Below are positions 29,688 through 40,523 of a DNA stretch of 64,000 nt, piece by piece. The stretch spans positions 146,372 through 210,371 of the forward strand of contig JBJDXJ010000038.1 in NCBI GenBank assembly GCA_051866635.1. The letters are read 5' to 3'. This stretch comes from Clostridia bacterium. GTDB lineage: Bacteria; Bacillota; Clostridia; UMGS1883. A program made the position numbers and the translations under genes. The stretch's first letter is position 1, and every line of letters starts with the position of its first letter. Under the pieces are notes generated by a model, which made no database searches, was not told the origin of the DNA, and saw only the letters and a list, made by a program, of their open reading frames with translations.

Positions 29688-29877
29688 AAATGGTAAATAA
29701 ATCAAGTTATTATTACTATTTTTATAGTTATTATGTGTTATTGACGGAAAATTTAATACAAGAAGGTGAGAAAATGTTTTTAAACAAAGAGTTAAAAGTG
29801 TTAATGCCACCTTAGTTATGAGGGAATTAACTTTAATATCAAAATACAATAATGATTAACTGAAAGGATTTACAAAT

Positions 29878-32832
29878 ATGAAAAAAATAATTACAGCATT
29901 GTTGGCATTTGTAATGCTCGTGTCTAGTACAGTGTCATTTGCAGCAAATGAAATGTTTTTTTACAAAGACGAAACAAAAGTATATTTCAATAATGAATTT
30001 GTTGATATTTTAGATGGAGAAGGTATAGCACCAACAGTCAAAGATGGTGTATTTTATGTGCCAATCAGACCATTCGTAGAATTGAAAAATGGATATATTA
30101 CATGGAAAGTTAATGGCGAAAAACTCCAAGCCGATTTTGCAGTAGGAAGTTATTATACAATCCAGGATAATTCTAATGAAATAGTAGAATATACAGGTGT
30201 AAATGAAACATTAAGTGCAGAAGTTTTTCTAAACACAAATTACAATCGTTTAATGGTTCCCGCAGATACATTTGAGAAGTTAGGATACAAAATAATTCAA
30301 GGCGATGACTATTTAGGAATATTCTCAATATCCAAACATGAAGATGTTCAAGCTATTGCATTTGATAGGAATTCTACCATTTCCGAAGCTACTGTTAAAT
30401 ATACTCTTTTAAATGATAAGGGTGATGTATTTATAAGAGATTTATCAAATACTGGTGATATTGTTAATACAGTAGTTGGTGGTTTGGGAGCTTCTATTGA
30501 CATTACAGTAAATAATGGTAGTGTGGACAGTGCAACAATTTCATTTGCATATGATGAATCAAAATTAGGCACAACAAACGAGTCTGATTTAAAAATTGTA
30601 TGGTATAATGAAATTTTAGGACGCATGGAATTGTTGGAAAATTCTGTTGTAGACACAAACAATAATGTTGTATTAGTTCAGTCATCTCATTTTAGTAAAT
30701 ACAGTGTAGTAGATTCCAAACAATGGTATGCAGCATGGGCAGAAACACAGTTAATAAAAAGAGATGATACTAAAGGAAATGGCTTATTTAATGTTAATTT
30801 AGTATTGGATACATCAGGAAGTATGAACGGTTCAGTTGCTTTATTAAAAGAAACCGTTATTAAGTTTATAGACGGATTAAATGATAATGATATTATAAAT
30901 GTAATAACTTTCTCAAACGGTGCAGAAACATTAATAGACAGCAATTCAAAATCAAATTCAAACTATGAAAATATTATCAACCGTATATCTGCAAACGGTG
31001 GAACAGATATGATTTCCGGATTAAATGAGGTTCTTTATGGCAATATACTTATAGAGCCTGTAAATCCCACAGAAGAAGAAAAACTACAATATGAACAACA
31101 CAAGCAAATTCAAGATTTGAAAAACAATGCAACGACTGTTACTATTTTATTATCCGACGGTGTGCCGGATTCAGATAATAATACTGATGATATCATATCA
31201 TCATGCAAAACTATTGCATTAAGAGGAAAATTTATTTCTGTAGCATTAGGCTCAGGTTCTCATTCGGCACTAATGGAAAAAATAGCAAAGGAAACAAACG
31301 GATTATATAAATATATAAGTGATTCTAATGGATTATTAGAAATGTTTATGCAAATAAGTGGTGAAGTTATTGGTCTTGAGCAGGATACAGATGGTGATGG
31401 AATCCCCGATTTAATTGAGACAACAGGCATGAGAGATCAAGCCGGAAATATATTTACAACTGATCCAAACAAAGCTGACACAGATGGAGATATGTTGTCT
31501 GATGGTGATGAAATGGGTGTGTTTGTAAATGAAAATGGAGGTTATTTTATAAGGGAATCTAATCCTAATATATTTACTACGTTCCAAAGTATTGCACAAT
31601 TAGGAGATAATTCAATAGATGCTTTGTTCTCAGACTATAATGGTAATTTTAAGATTAAGTTAAATATGAATGTATTGTCAGAGAAAATTATGGAAAAAAC
31701 TGTATTTTCATCTTCTGGAAATGCTGTAAACCATTCAGCAATGGAAACTCTTTATGCAAGTGTACAAAACTTGAAGATTTCTTTTTCAAAATTACCAGAT
31801 TGCATAGAAAATCCTCAATTAGCACCATATCAGGTTGCTGTTGCTGAATCAGGACATTCATATAATTATATCGTCGTTGCAAAATGCAAAAATGGTGGAG
31901 TAAATTGTAAAAACAATCATACAATAGAAATTACTATTAGTGGAGATAACCTTGATCCAGTAGTAGTTAAACAAGATGTTGATTTAAATCAGATTATGTT
32001 AGAACAAGCAAGAAAAGATGTTTCTTCAATTCAAACTGAAATATCAAATCAAACCAAACGAAAAGCAACTGAGTATGTAACATCGGAAAATACAAAGGTA
32101 TACAATAGCTCTAACGAATTGCTGAATAGTATAAATTTAATTCAAACCAATATACCAAATGATGCACAAATTGCTATAAAAAATGTAATTATGAATTTGG
32201 TTGCTGAGAAAAAGGGATTGGAAAAAATTAGTATAAATCCATCACAGCAAATTAAGGATTGTGCCGAATTAATCGGTATGGTAAATGATGAAACATTTTA
32301 TCCTGTAATTAACGGAGTTCAATACGAAGTACATATCACAGGAAGTTTTATTCCTAAAATTAATTTATTTTCGTTGCCCTATATAAACGGTACTTGCAAT
32401 GTGAAAAATAAACCTAATGAAAAATATAGTTTTTCATATATTCCTACCGACAGGGATGAAGTTAATAAATTTTTAGACGCATACAATAAGGCATTGGATG
32501 ATTCAAAACAAGAGGCTATTGAAGAAATAGATAAACAAGGAAAAGCAGCAATAAAATCTATTTTAAATGAAACCTTTAAGGCGTGGGGCGTTACTGAAAT
32601 AATGAATAAGTTAGAAGCAGATGCACTAAAGGAAGTTGGAATTTATGAGGAAGTGCAGATGTATAAAACAGGTTTAGACCTATTAGAAAAAGTTTCGTCT
32701 ACTGAAGGGTTTTCACCTAAAGATGCTGTTGATACTTGTAAAGAATATAAGGATTATGGAACGAAAAGCAGTATAATAAGTGATTGGGCAACAGATAAAA
32801 TAACAGATTTAATAAAATTTCTTTCAAAATAA
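29878..32832 (+). CDS. Secreted/surface protein with stalk (Cu-amine-oxidase N-like) domain, vWA domain and Ca-binding DTDGDG repeats
   Basis: Signal peptide; FYVPIR; LVLDTSGSM MIDAS, GGT, LLSDG; DTDGDGIPD and DTDGDMLSD. Confidence 0.8.
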   Translation: MKKIITALLAFVMLVSSTVSFAANEMFFYKDETKVYFNNEFVDILDGEGIAPTVKDGVFYVPIRPFVELKNGYITWKVNGEKLQADFAVGSYYTIQDNSNEIVEYTGVNETLSAEVFLNTNYNRLMVPADTFEKLGYKIIQGDDYLGIFSISKHEDVQAIAFDRNSTISEATVKYTLLNDKGDVFIRDLSNTGDIVNTVVGGLGASIDITVNNGSVDSATISFAYDESKLGTTNESDLKIVWYNEILGRMELLENSVVDTNNNVVLVQSSHFSKYSVVDSKQWYAAWAETQLIKRDDTKGNGLFNVNLVLDTSGSMNGSVALLKETVIKFIDGLNDNDIINVITFSNGAETLIDSNSKSNSNYENIINRISANGGTDMISGLNEVLYGNILIEPVNPTEEEKLQYEQHKQIQDLKNNATTVTILLSDGVPDSDNNTDDIISSCKTIALRGKFISVALGSGSHSALMEKIAKETNGLYKYISDSNGLLEMFMQISGEVIGLEQDTDGDGIPDLIETTGMRDQAGNIFTTDPNKADTDGDMLSDGDEMGVFVNENGGYFIRESNPNIFTTFQSIAQLGDNSIDALFSDYNGNFKIKLNMNVLSEKIMEKTVFSSSGNAVNHSAMETLYASVQNLKISFSKLPDCIENPQLAPYQVAVAESGHSYNYIVVAKCKNGGVNCKNNHTIEITISGDNLDPVVVKQDVDLNQIMLEQARKDVSSIQTEISNQTKRKATEYVTSENTKVYNSSNELLNSINLIQTNIPNDAQIAIKNVIMNLVAEKKGLEKISINPSQQIKDCAELIGMVNDETFYPVINGVQYEVHITGSFIPKINLFSLPYINGTCNVKNKPNEKYSFSYIPTDRDEVNKFLDAYNKALDDSKQEAIEEIDKQGKAAIKSILNETFKAWGVTEIMNKLEADALKEVGIYEEVQMYKTGLDLLEKVSSTEGFSPKDAVDTCKEYKDYGTKSSIISDWATDKITDLIKFLSK

Positions 32833-32894
32833 GCAATAATGTATATAGGATCAAAATAGGATACAATCCAAAATTTGGTGTAAAGTCCATACAA

Positions 32895-33059
32895 GAGACT
32901 GTAAAAAAAGTCTCTAAAGAAATAAGTTAAGACCATTTGGGACAGTCCCCCTTATGGCAAATTGGGAGACAATTTGCCAAAGAAACCTTGCGAGGTTTTG
33001 TTGGGACAGTCCCGAAATGGTCTTTTTGTTATCTCAGTGTTGACTTTTTTTACAGCCCC
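32895..33059. mobile_element. About 165-bp MITE-like structured repeat, copy 2
   Basis: 18-bp TIR gagactgtaaaaaaagtc / gactttttttacagcccc. Confidence 0.75.
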
Positions 33060-33232
33060 TTAATTATGCCAAGGAAATTTTAAGAAACATGAAAGGTCCT
33101 GATGTAAAGAATTTTGATGACCTGAAACTTGTCACCAAAAAAGACTTTAAAGACAAGTTTTGGATAATATGCAGTCGCCTGCTTTTAGATTTTATTTTAA
33201 AATGCTGTATAATAAAAGATAAGGGAGTGTGA

Positions 33233-36200
33233 ATGTATATGAAAAAAGTGGCGTTTATATTAGCTTTAATAATGTTGTTATCTTTTTGCCCGTGCATAAG
33301 CTTTGCTGATACGGAATATAAGCTCCGCAACGTTAATGACGGGGCATATACGGAAGTCAGTATGAGCGAGTATCAGACATATGAAACGGAGCACTTTCAG
33401 ATTTTTTGGGATACTGACGGCGCAAACAGTGCTAAGGTGACGGACACGTTTTTGAAAAAGTGCGAAACTGTACTGGAAAACTGCTGGGATTTATATATTG
33501 ACAAAATGGGAATGGAACCCACAAGCACGTCTGTAAATTGGGATGGAGATAAAATAACCCAGTACAAAACAAACGTAATTTTAATGGGTACAGGCGTTAC
33601 GCATTATGATTTAGGTGCAAATGACTGGGGCGCTTACGGCTCGGTTGATTCCTGCGGTTACCCGTATTTTATGTGCTGCTTAGCGGCAATGGATGCACCT
33701 ACGGTTGTGGCACATGAGTTTGGTCACGCAGTGCATTACGCCCAGGGCGACAACGCATGGAAGGATAATATTTTCCTCGGCCCTTGGTTTGAGGCGGTGG
33801 CAAACTGGTTTGCAGAGCAGTATATTTACGAATATATGCCCGGTACGACACAAATGTCCCATCTGTATCTGAGGGAAACATCTCTTACAAAAATGAACGG
33901 CAGAGGCTATTACGAAGCCTGGCCCATCCTTCAGTATTTAACGGAGGACCCCGACAACACGGAAGTATACGGCGAAAACTTTGTGCAGAAGCTCCTTAGC
34001 TATAACTCCGGCAGTACATCGACCCTTTTCTGGGAGGTGCTGGAGGCTTGTAACGGCAATTTAACAACTGCCGATACTGTTGGTATGTATGCTTCACACA
34101 TTGCCACAATGGATTTTAAAAATAAGGATTTATATAACCGCTATATAAATAACTTTTATAACGGTCATTATTTCTACTGGCAACAGCGATACACAATGCT
34201 TGAAAAGTTAGGCAAAGAGGCAAATACATATGCCGTGCCCTTTGAGAGAGCTCCTCAGGCGATGGGATATAATATTACGCCGCTTAACTTTACACCCGGC
34301 GAGGTAACGGTTAAGCTCAATGCTTTAACAGATGTTTACGGCGCAGACTGGAGAGCAAGACTTGTCAAGGAGTCAAACGGTGTGACAAGTTATTCAAACC
34401 TTTTCTCCGACGGCGAAGAGGTGACAATGAATGTGACAAGTGGGGATGAATTATACCTTTCCGTTGCGGCAACACCTTCCCTTGACACAATGCCCCGTCA
34501 TACTATTACAGGTTGGGCGGAGCACAGCAAGGAATCAAACTATCCTTATGAAAATAAAACACAGTACCCCTACAGCGTTACCCTTACAAATGCAACACCT
34601 ATGTCACGTCCCGTCTATAGCGGATTGAAACAGCATCCTAACGGTGGGGGATGGATTTCATATAACGCAAACGTGGCACCTACTGCATATGTTGGTCCCA
34701 ACGCGTTGGTGCTTGACCGTGCAACAGTAAGTGACAATGCGGTAATTGACGGTTACGCAATCGTTGCACAAAATGCAAAGGTAAGCGGCAATGCATATGT
34801 TGGCGACACGGCAGTGCTTTTTGACCGTGCCCAGGTCAGCGGAAATGCAAGAGTGATTGAAAACGCCTGCCTCTATGTTGACTATAAGGTTTCCGGCAAT
34901 GCTGTTGTAAAGGGACAGGCGTTAGGATTATACAATGGTACAGCAACCGGAGAAACAATCCTCTACGGCGACTGGTTTGAGGATGAGGGCCACGATTTGA
35001 ACGGCGGAAGATTTTCGGGCTGGCACTCTATTTCAACGGATGACAAGTATGCAACAAATAATGGCGACTATTATACACGCGACTATATAGCAGGTCTCCG
35101 CACAAGATATGAATTTAATTCTAACTTAAAAGACACCTACGGTTATACCGACCTTTACAGCGTGGGAAACCCTGTGGTGGATAACGATACCGTGACCTTT
35201 GACGGCAAAAACTATGCAGTTCTTGACGATTCTGTCCTTTATTATGACAATATGAAAATTGCCCTCAAAGCAAAAGGCGAGGGCGAAGTTTTAAATATCG
35301 GCGACTGTATTGTACTTACTTTGAATGACAAAGCCATATTGAATGTTGGCGGTAAAACAGTTTCTGTTAATGCCAATGACGGTTGGAACGATATTGAAAT
35401 CGACTTTAACGATGGTGCTGTAACACTCTCCGTAAACGGCAGTGAAAAGAGCCAAAATAGTACTGTCACACCTCTTGAAGCAACACGAAGCGGTGAAAAC
35501 TATATAGGCAAAGGCTTTACGGGCAGTGTGGACTATATGCGTATTTTTGATTTGGCAACCTATGTTGAAAGTGACAGCATAGATTATACCAGACTGTACC
35601 TTGTATTAAATCCTGAAAATAAGAATGCTTTTTATGGGTGGAGGACAGACAGTTCAAACGTAACCTTTAATAAAGGGCTACATATTGCGGGTAATACCAC
35701 GGCAACTGTTACAAGTCCTTCCTGCAAGGCAAACAAGTTTATACTTGAATTTTCACCCTCGGGCGGCAGTACATACCCCGACCACGGCATTATGGACACA
35801 GACGGAGATGTTTTATTCGCACACCGTTATGCAACCGATGCAAAAACGGTATATGTTGGAAGAGGCGAGGTTAATTCCTACGTAAGAGGCAACAGCTATA
35901 TTACGGATGCTGCCGCACAGCAGAGGCTTACTAATTTTGTTGCCGAAAAGATTGAGAATGCAAGTGCAAGAAGTGACCGTGGTGCGGTGAATTATGCTGA
36001 AGGCGATACGGTACGCATAATCGCAGAAAACACAATATGGACAGAGAAAATGGCTGAAAAATTTGCAAACAGTGAAAACTATACAGACAATCTTTCTGCT
36101 ATGACAGATGGAGAAGATGTTTACACTGTAACATACTACTTGATTGACGATGGTTTAACAATGAAGGTCAGCGAAAGTGTATACAAGGGCCATTTTAAAG

Positions 36201-36559
36201 GCTTTGGAGGGTTTAAGGCTGCAGGCGGTACAAAAGGTGTAACGGTTTCGTACAATGACTTGAGGATTTATACAGACAATGCTGAGCCCAAGATAATATG
36301 TGAAGATATGATGATTAAGTCTGAAGGCTTTGAAGGCGAAGCTTTAGCCGTTTTTGCAGTGTATGATGAAAGATTTGATGTTTACACCGAAAAAGTAAAG
36401 GGAGATTTTGAAATACCTATCCCCGAAGGCTTTGAAAACAGCAAGTTTATGCTTTTTACAAATCTTGAAGATTTATATCCTTTAGTAAAATCATTTGATG
36501 TGCAGGGGGAAAATATTTATACTGCTTCTGCAGGACAGAATGAGGATACGTTTTTTTGA
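33233..36559 (+). CDS. Secreted zinc-metallopeptidase-like protein (DUF6055-like) with beta-helix and LamG-like domains
   Basis: Signal peptide; AHEFGH..WFEAVANW; HPNGGG followed by hexapeptide repeats. Confidence 0.7.
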   Translation: MYMKKVAFILALIMLLSFCPCISFADTEYKLRNVNDGAYTEVSMSEYQTYETEHFQIFWDTDGANSAKVTDTFLKKCETVLENCWDLYIDKMGMEPTSTSVNWDGDKITQYKTNVILMGTGVTHYDLGANDWGAYGSVDSCGYPYFMCCLAAMDAPTVVAHEFGHAVHYAQGDNAWKDNIFLGPWFEAVANWFAEQYIYEYMPGTTQMSHLYLRETSLTKMNGRGYYEAWPILQYLTEDPDNTEVYGENFVQKLLSYNSGSTSTLFWEVLEACNGNLTTADTVGMYASHIATMDFKNKDLYNRYINNFYNGHYFYWQQRYTMLEKLGKEANTYAVPFERAPQAMGYNITPLNFTPGEVTVKLNALTDVYGADWRARLVKESNGVTSYSNLFSDGEEVTMNVTSGDELYLSVAATPSLDTMPRHTITGWAEHSKESNYPYENKTQYPYSVTLTNATPMSRPVYSGLKQHPNGGGWISYNANVAPTAYVGPNALVLDRATVSDNAVIDGYAIVAQNAKVSGNAYVGDTAVLFDRAQVSGNARVIENACLYVDYKVSGNAVVKGQALGLYNGTATGETILYGDWFEDEGHDLNGGRFSGWHSISTDDKYATNNGDYYTRDYIAGLRTRYEFNSNLKDTYGYTDLYSVGNPVVDNDTVTFDGKNYAVLDDSVLYYDNMKIALKAKGEGEVLNIGDCIVLTLNDKAILNVGGKTVSVNANDGWNDIEIDFNDGAVTLSVNGSEKSQNSTVTPLEATRSGENYIGKGFTGSVDYMRIFDLATYVESDSIDYTRLYLVLNPENKNAFYGWRTDSSNVTFNKGLHIAGNTTATVTSPSCKANKFILEFSPSGGSTYPDHGIMDTDGDVLFAHRYATDAKTVYVGRGEVNSYVRGNSYITDAAAQQRLTNFVAEKIENASARSDRGAVNYAEGDTVRIIAENTIWTEKMAEKFANSENYTDNLSAMTDGEDVYTVTYYLIDDGLTMKVSESVYKGHFKGFGGFKAAGGTKGVTVSYNDLRIYTDNAEPKIICEDMMIKSEGFEGEALAVFAVYDERFDVYTEKVKGDFEIPIPEGFENSKFMLFTNLEDLYPLVKSFDVQGENIYTASAGQNEDTFF

Positions 36560-36692
36560 TATTACTCCAAGGACTCCGTTGCGGACTGTAAGCGTCAGCT
36601 TACATCCCGGTTTTGGTATTGTGAAAATCCGTTTAAATCAGTATGAATAAAAAAGTAAAACGCAGACCGACAAAAACGGTCTGCGTTTAAGT

Positions 36693-36765
36693 TTAGCGGA
36701 AGTTCATTCCATTAATTTTGGTGGGCTTGCCTTGGTAGGTGACACGGCGTAAGGCTTCACCGATA
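36693..36765 (-). repeat. cotJC 3'-end copy A with diverged core
   Basis: Translates IGEALRRVTYQGKPTKINGMNFR*; hairpin at 36659-36688; arm ttactc follows on + strand. Confidence 0.85.
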
Positions 36766-36975
36766 TTACTCTTTAAAACTAATTGAATTTTGGTCGGTAA
36801 TTAAGGTGTAAAATGGAATTTGTGAGTTTTGTAATAGGGGAAACTGCGTTTAATATATAGTTATTTTAGCATGTAGAAAAGGGGTCGTTGTTTTGATAAA
36901 ACACCTCTGCATAAAAACTATTGAATAATTAATAAAATACAGGTATAATCAAAACAAGAGATTTATCGTAAAAAG

Positions 36976-37581
36976 GTGATGGGAATGGCTGAAGTTTATA
37001 AATTTAAAGTAAAATTAAGAGAGCCGGAAGATAAAATCTGGCGTGATATTGAGCTTACCTCCACATCAAGTGTGGCGAAATTAGGGTATGCCATTCTTGC
37101 CTCTTTCGAGGCAGAGGGAATTCATTTGTTTTGCATAAAATTCAAAGGAGACAGATATGAAATCGTTAACGATGATTTTTATGATAAATTGGGAATAAAA
37201 ACGATGGATCCGATTTTTATAAAGTTATCCTCTTTAAAAATGGAAATTGGCGATACAATGGAACTGGAATATGATTACGGTGTAGGCTGGTTTTTTGATA
37301 TTGAGCTTATTTGTGTAAAACCGATGGCAAAAGGAACGGGAAATTACTATCCTTACGTTACAGATGGTGCGGGTTTGGGAATTATAGAAGGTCTTTATGC
37401 CGATGAATGGGCAGAGTACATAAAAACGGTTGATGAAACGGGCGTGCCTCCGATTTACTATGATGTGTTCGATAAAGAAGTTACTTGGGACTATCGGAAA
37501 TTTGATATAGATATAACCAATGCTTTGTTGAAAGGGACTGTTAAGCGAATGAAAAGAATCTACGAGGACCTTTTTGAGTAA
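36976..37581 (+). CDS. pRiA4b ORF3 / IS1096 TnpR-like protein
   Basis: YKFKVKL..IWRDI, HLF, LEYDYG..W.FDI, YP.VTDGAG.GIIE. Confidence 0.8.
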   Translation: MMGMAEVYKFKVKLREPEDKIWRDIELTSTSSVAKLGYAILASFEAEGIHLFCIKFKGDRYEIVNDDFYDKLGIKTMDPIFIKLSSLKMEIGDTMELEYDYGVGWFFDIELICVKPMAKGTGNYYPYVTDGAGLGIIEGLYADEWAEYIKTVDETGVPPIYYDVFDKEVTWDYRKFDIDITNALLKGTVKRMKRIYEDLFE

Positions 37582-37611
37582 TAACTGAAATAGTAGAGGA
37601 GAGATGGAAAA

Positions 37612-37668
37612 ATGGCAACAGAATTAGAAATGTTAGAGCGAGCAAAGATATATATGGAAAAGCTGGCA
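37612..37668 (+). pseudogene. 5' stub of the 39518-40084 gene
   Basis: MATELEMLERAKIYMEKLA then jumps to terminator. Confidence 0.8.
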
Positions 37669-37709
37669 TACAAAAAGACAACGAGACCGAATTTTGGTCT
37701 CGTTTAAGT

Positions 37710-37782
37710 TTAGCGGAAGTTCATTCCGTTGATTTTTACAGGTTTTCCCAGGTCAGTGATGCGGCGGAGCGCTTCACCGAAA
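37710..37782 (-). repeat. cotJC 3'-end copy B with 17-bp core
   Basis: FGEALRRITDLGKPVKINGMNFR*; core ggagcgcttcaccgaaa 37766-37782; hairpin 37680-37704. Confidence 0.9.
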
Positions 37783-37969
37783 TTACTCTTTTAAAAAAAT
37801 CTCTGAAAGCATTGGGGAGACTGGATTTGAGGCGTGTTAACAGTTTTGGGATTTTGGAAAGGTTTGAAATTTTATAATAAAAGCCTTGATATTCTTGTAT
37901 TATTTGATTATAATAATAATTATTATTAGAGAGTTATTAGATAATTATTAGAAAGATGAGGGATAACAC

Positions 37970-39277
37970 ATGCTTGCAGAAGGTAAGGGTATTGAACTAA
38001 AAAGAGAATATGTAGATGATATTAAAAAGACGGTTATAGCTTTTGCTAATTGTGATGGAGGAAATATTTATATTGGAGTTAATAATGACGGAACTGTATG
38101 TGGAATAGAAGATACTGATGAAATTATGTTAAAGGTTACTAATGCAATTCGTGATGCTATTCGGCCTGATGTTACGATGTTTGTGGACTGCAGGGCAGAA
38201 CAGTTAGACGAGAAGGCTGTTTTGTGCATTTCAGTTCAGCGAGGTACTGCGAGACCCTACTATCTTCAAGGAAAAGGGATAAGACCCGAAGGTGTGTTTG
38301 TAAGACAGGGAGCATCTACAGTTCCGGCAACAGAATCTGCAATTTTAAATATGATAAAAGATACCAGTGGCGACAGCTATGAAAAAGCAAGAAGCATTAA
38401 CCAGGAATTGACTTTTGAAAAAACCACGGATTTCTTTAAAAAGAGAAACATAGAATTTGGCAATGCACAAATGAGAACATTGCATTTTATTGGAGAAGAT
38501 GGTATGTACACAAATCTTGCATTTCTTCTTTCTGATCAGTGTTCACATAATGTCAAGCTGGCGGTATTTGAAGGTAGTGTAAAAACCGTGTTCAAGGACA
38601 GAAAAGAGTTGTCGGGATCACTTCTTTCACAATTAGAAGAAGCGTATGAATATATTGAGCGTTACAATCGCACGAGGGCGGAATTTTCCGGACTTGATAG
38701 GATAGATAGCAGAGATTATCCTACGGAAGCTGTCAGAGAAGCCCTTCTTAATGCAATTGTGCATAGAGATTATGCATTCAGCGGACCTACATTGATAAGT
38801 ATTTTTGACGACAGAATTGAGTTTGTGACAATTGGCGGCTTAGTAAAAGGGATAAGTCTTGATGATGTTTTTCTGGGAGTATCTGTTTTGAGAAATCAAA
38901 ATCTTGCCAATGTTTTTTATAGGCTGAACTTAATTGAAGCATATGGTACAGGTGTTTTAAAAATTAACGGCAGTTATGCTGACTGCAATATGAAACCGGT
39001 GATAGAAGCAACAGATAATGCATTTAAAATAACTCTCCCGAACTTAAACTATAATACCGATTTAAAGCCAAGAAAAACAAAGGCTACAAATAAAAGAGAA
39101 ACTATTATATTGGAATACTGCAAAGAAAATAACGGAATAACCCGTCATGAGATTCAGGAACTTTTAGATGTATCACAGGCAACGGCTATCCTTATCATTA
39201 AGGAAATGATAAAAAACAAGATGCTTATTAAGGTCGGTCAGGGTAGAAATGTGAGCTATATTACTAATGAAAGATAG
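37970..39277 (+). CDS. AlbA_2/Schlafen DNA-binding + RecG-C-like ATPase + wHTH protein
   Basis: IELKRE..IAFANCDGGNIYIGV; REALLNAIVHRDY; IEAYGTG. Confidence 0.85.
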   Translation: MLAEGKGIELKREYVDDIKKTVIAFANCDGGNIYIGVNNDGTVCGIEDTDEIMLKVTNAIRDAIRPDVTMFVDCRAEQLDEKAVLCISVQRGTARPYYLQGKGIRPEGVFVRQGASTVPATESAILNMIKDTSGDSYEKARSINQELTFEKTTDFFKKRNIEFGNAQMRTLHFIGEDGMYTNLAFLLSDQCSHNVKLAVFEGSVKTVFKDRKELSGSLLSQLEEAYEYIERYNRTRAEFSGLDRIDSRDYPTEAVREALLNAIVHRDYAFSGPTLISIFDDRIEFVTIGGLVKGISLDDVFLGVSVLRNQNLANVFYRLNLIEAYGTGVLKINGSYADCNMKPVIEATDNAFKITLPNLNYNTDLKPRKTKATNKRETIILEYCKENNGITRHEIQELLDVSQATAILIIKEMIKNKMLIKVGQGRNVSYITNER

Positions 39278-39517
39278 GTGATAAAATAAGCTCTATTTCA
39301 TTGGTAAGCGGACAATCAGCAAAGTTAAAGGCTGTGGCAGCAATTATGACGTTTGTATAGATTTTACACTCTTCCCTGACGAAGCAGAAGAATATATATG
39401 AGAAGTAGAAAAAAGCGAAGAAGGAAGATAATTTGTGTCAATTAATTAATTCTCGTCCTGAGTGTATGAAAAATATATTATTGAGAAAATAATCTATACT
39501 GAAAGAAGTGAAGATAC

Positions 39518-40084
39518 GTGGCAACAGAATTAGAAATGTTAGAGCGAGCAAAGATGTATATGGAAAAGCTGGCAAACGGAATTAATCCCATTGATGATAC
39601 GGAAGTTAAAGATGATGACTGTATTAACAATGTGAGGCTGTCCAGGTGCTTTTTCTATGTGGCAGATGTGCTTGGAAAGATTATAGCAAACGGAGGAACA
39701 GTGCCGGTTAGGAAGAAAGCCGGTACTATGCCTTTTTCGATAACAGATGAACAACTTAAAAATTATGAGTTTTCAGATAATCCTATTGTACTTAGTGAAA
39801 TTGCAAAAAGATTAAATGCATTGAAAACTGACACAAATATGAAAAATATTACATATAACCATCTGGCGGATTGGCTTATGAGCGTTAATATGTTAGAGTA
39901 TGCAACAAAAAGTAACGGCACTACTACCAAATATCCAACCGAGGCGGGGAAGCGTATGGGAATGACAGTTGAGAAAAGGCAAAGTGTGCGAGGGGAATAT
40001 TTGGTTGTGGTATATAATAAACAGGCACAGCAGTTTATTATTGATAATATGGATGCTGTTTTGGACAGCATAAGTAAGAAATAA
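39518..40084 (+). CDS. Conserved hypothetical protein
   Basis: 188-aa ORF with RBS; paralogues at 37612 and 52660. Confidence 0.8.
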   Translation: MATELEMLERAKMYMEKLANGINPIDDTEVKDDDCINNVRLSRCFFYVADVLGKIIANGGTVPVRKKAGTMPFSITDEQLKNYEFSDNPIVLSEIAKRLNALKTDTNMKNITYNHLADWLMSVNMLEYATKSNGTTTKYPTEAGKRMGMTVEKRQSVRGEYLVVVYNKQAQQFIIDNMDAVLDSISKK

Positions 40085-40117
40085 GACAACGAGACCGAAT
40101 TTCGGTCTCGTTTAAGT

Positions 40118-40190
40118 TTATCGGAAGTTCATTCCGTTTGTCTTGACGGGTTTGCCTAAATCGGTTACACGACGGAGCGCTTCACCGAAA
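40118..40190 (-). repeat. cotJC 3'-end copy C with 17-bp core
   Basis: FGEALRRVTDLGKPVKTNGMNFR*; core 40174-40190; hairpin 40088-40112. Confidence 0.9.
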
Positions 40191-40523
40191 TTACTCTTTT
40201 AAAAAAATTTCTGAAACGCCCGGATAGACTTGGGCTCATCGAGGTTTTATTTTTTTTGTAAAAATTGGAATAAAAGTGGAGAAATCGGATGATGTGCAGA
40301 TAACTTTCCTCACATCCGGCTTACGTACAGGAAACTGTATGTGAGTCTTTTTATATATAATCGGAGTATATTTATTCTTTAATAAAAACCTTCAAAATAT
40401 TAGAAATTAAAGATTTCGTATGTTTATATGGTCATTCGTCCTGAATTATTGATTTAAATAAAGGCACATGCTATAATAGCTTTGATGGTATAATATACCA
40501 TATTAAAGGGAAGTGATCTAAAG

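Noticed and set aside
36693-40190. Repeated ncRNA or CRISPR-like repeat
   Set aside because: Copies translate in frame as the cotJC tail with synonymous changes, so they are coding remnants with att cores
40282-40352. Two hairpins upstream of the LytTR gene as riboswitch
   Set aside because: No recognisable aptamer; lies upstream of the likely promoter; probably a terminator
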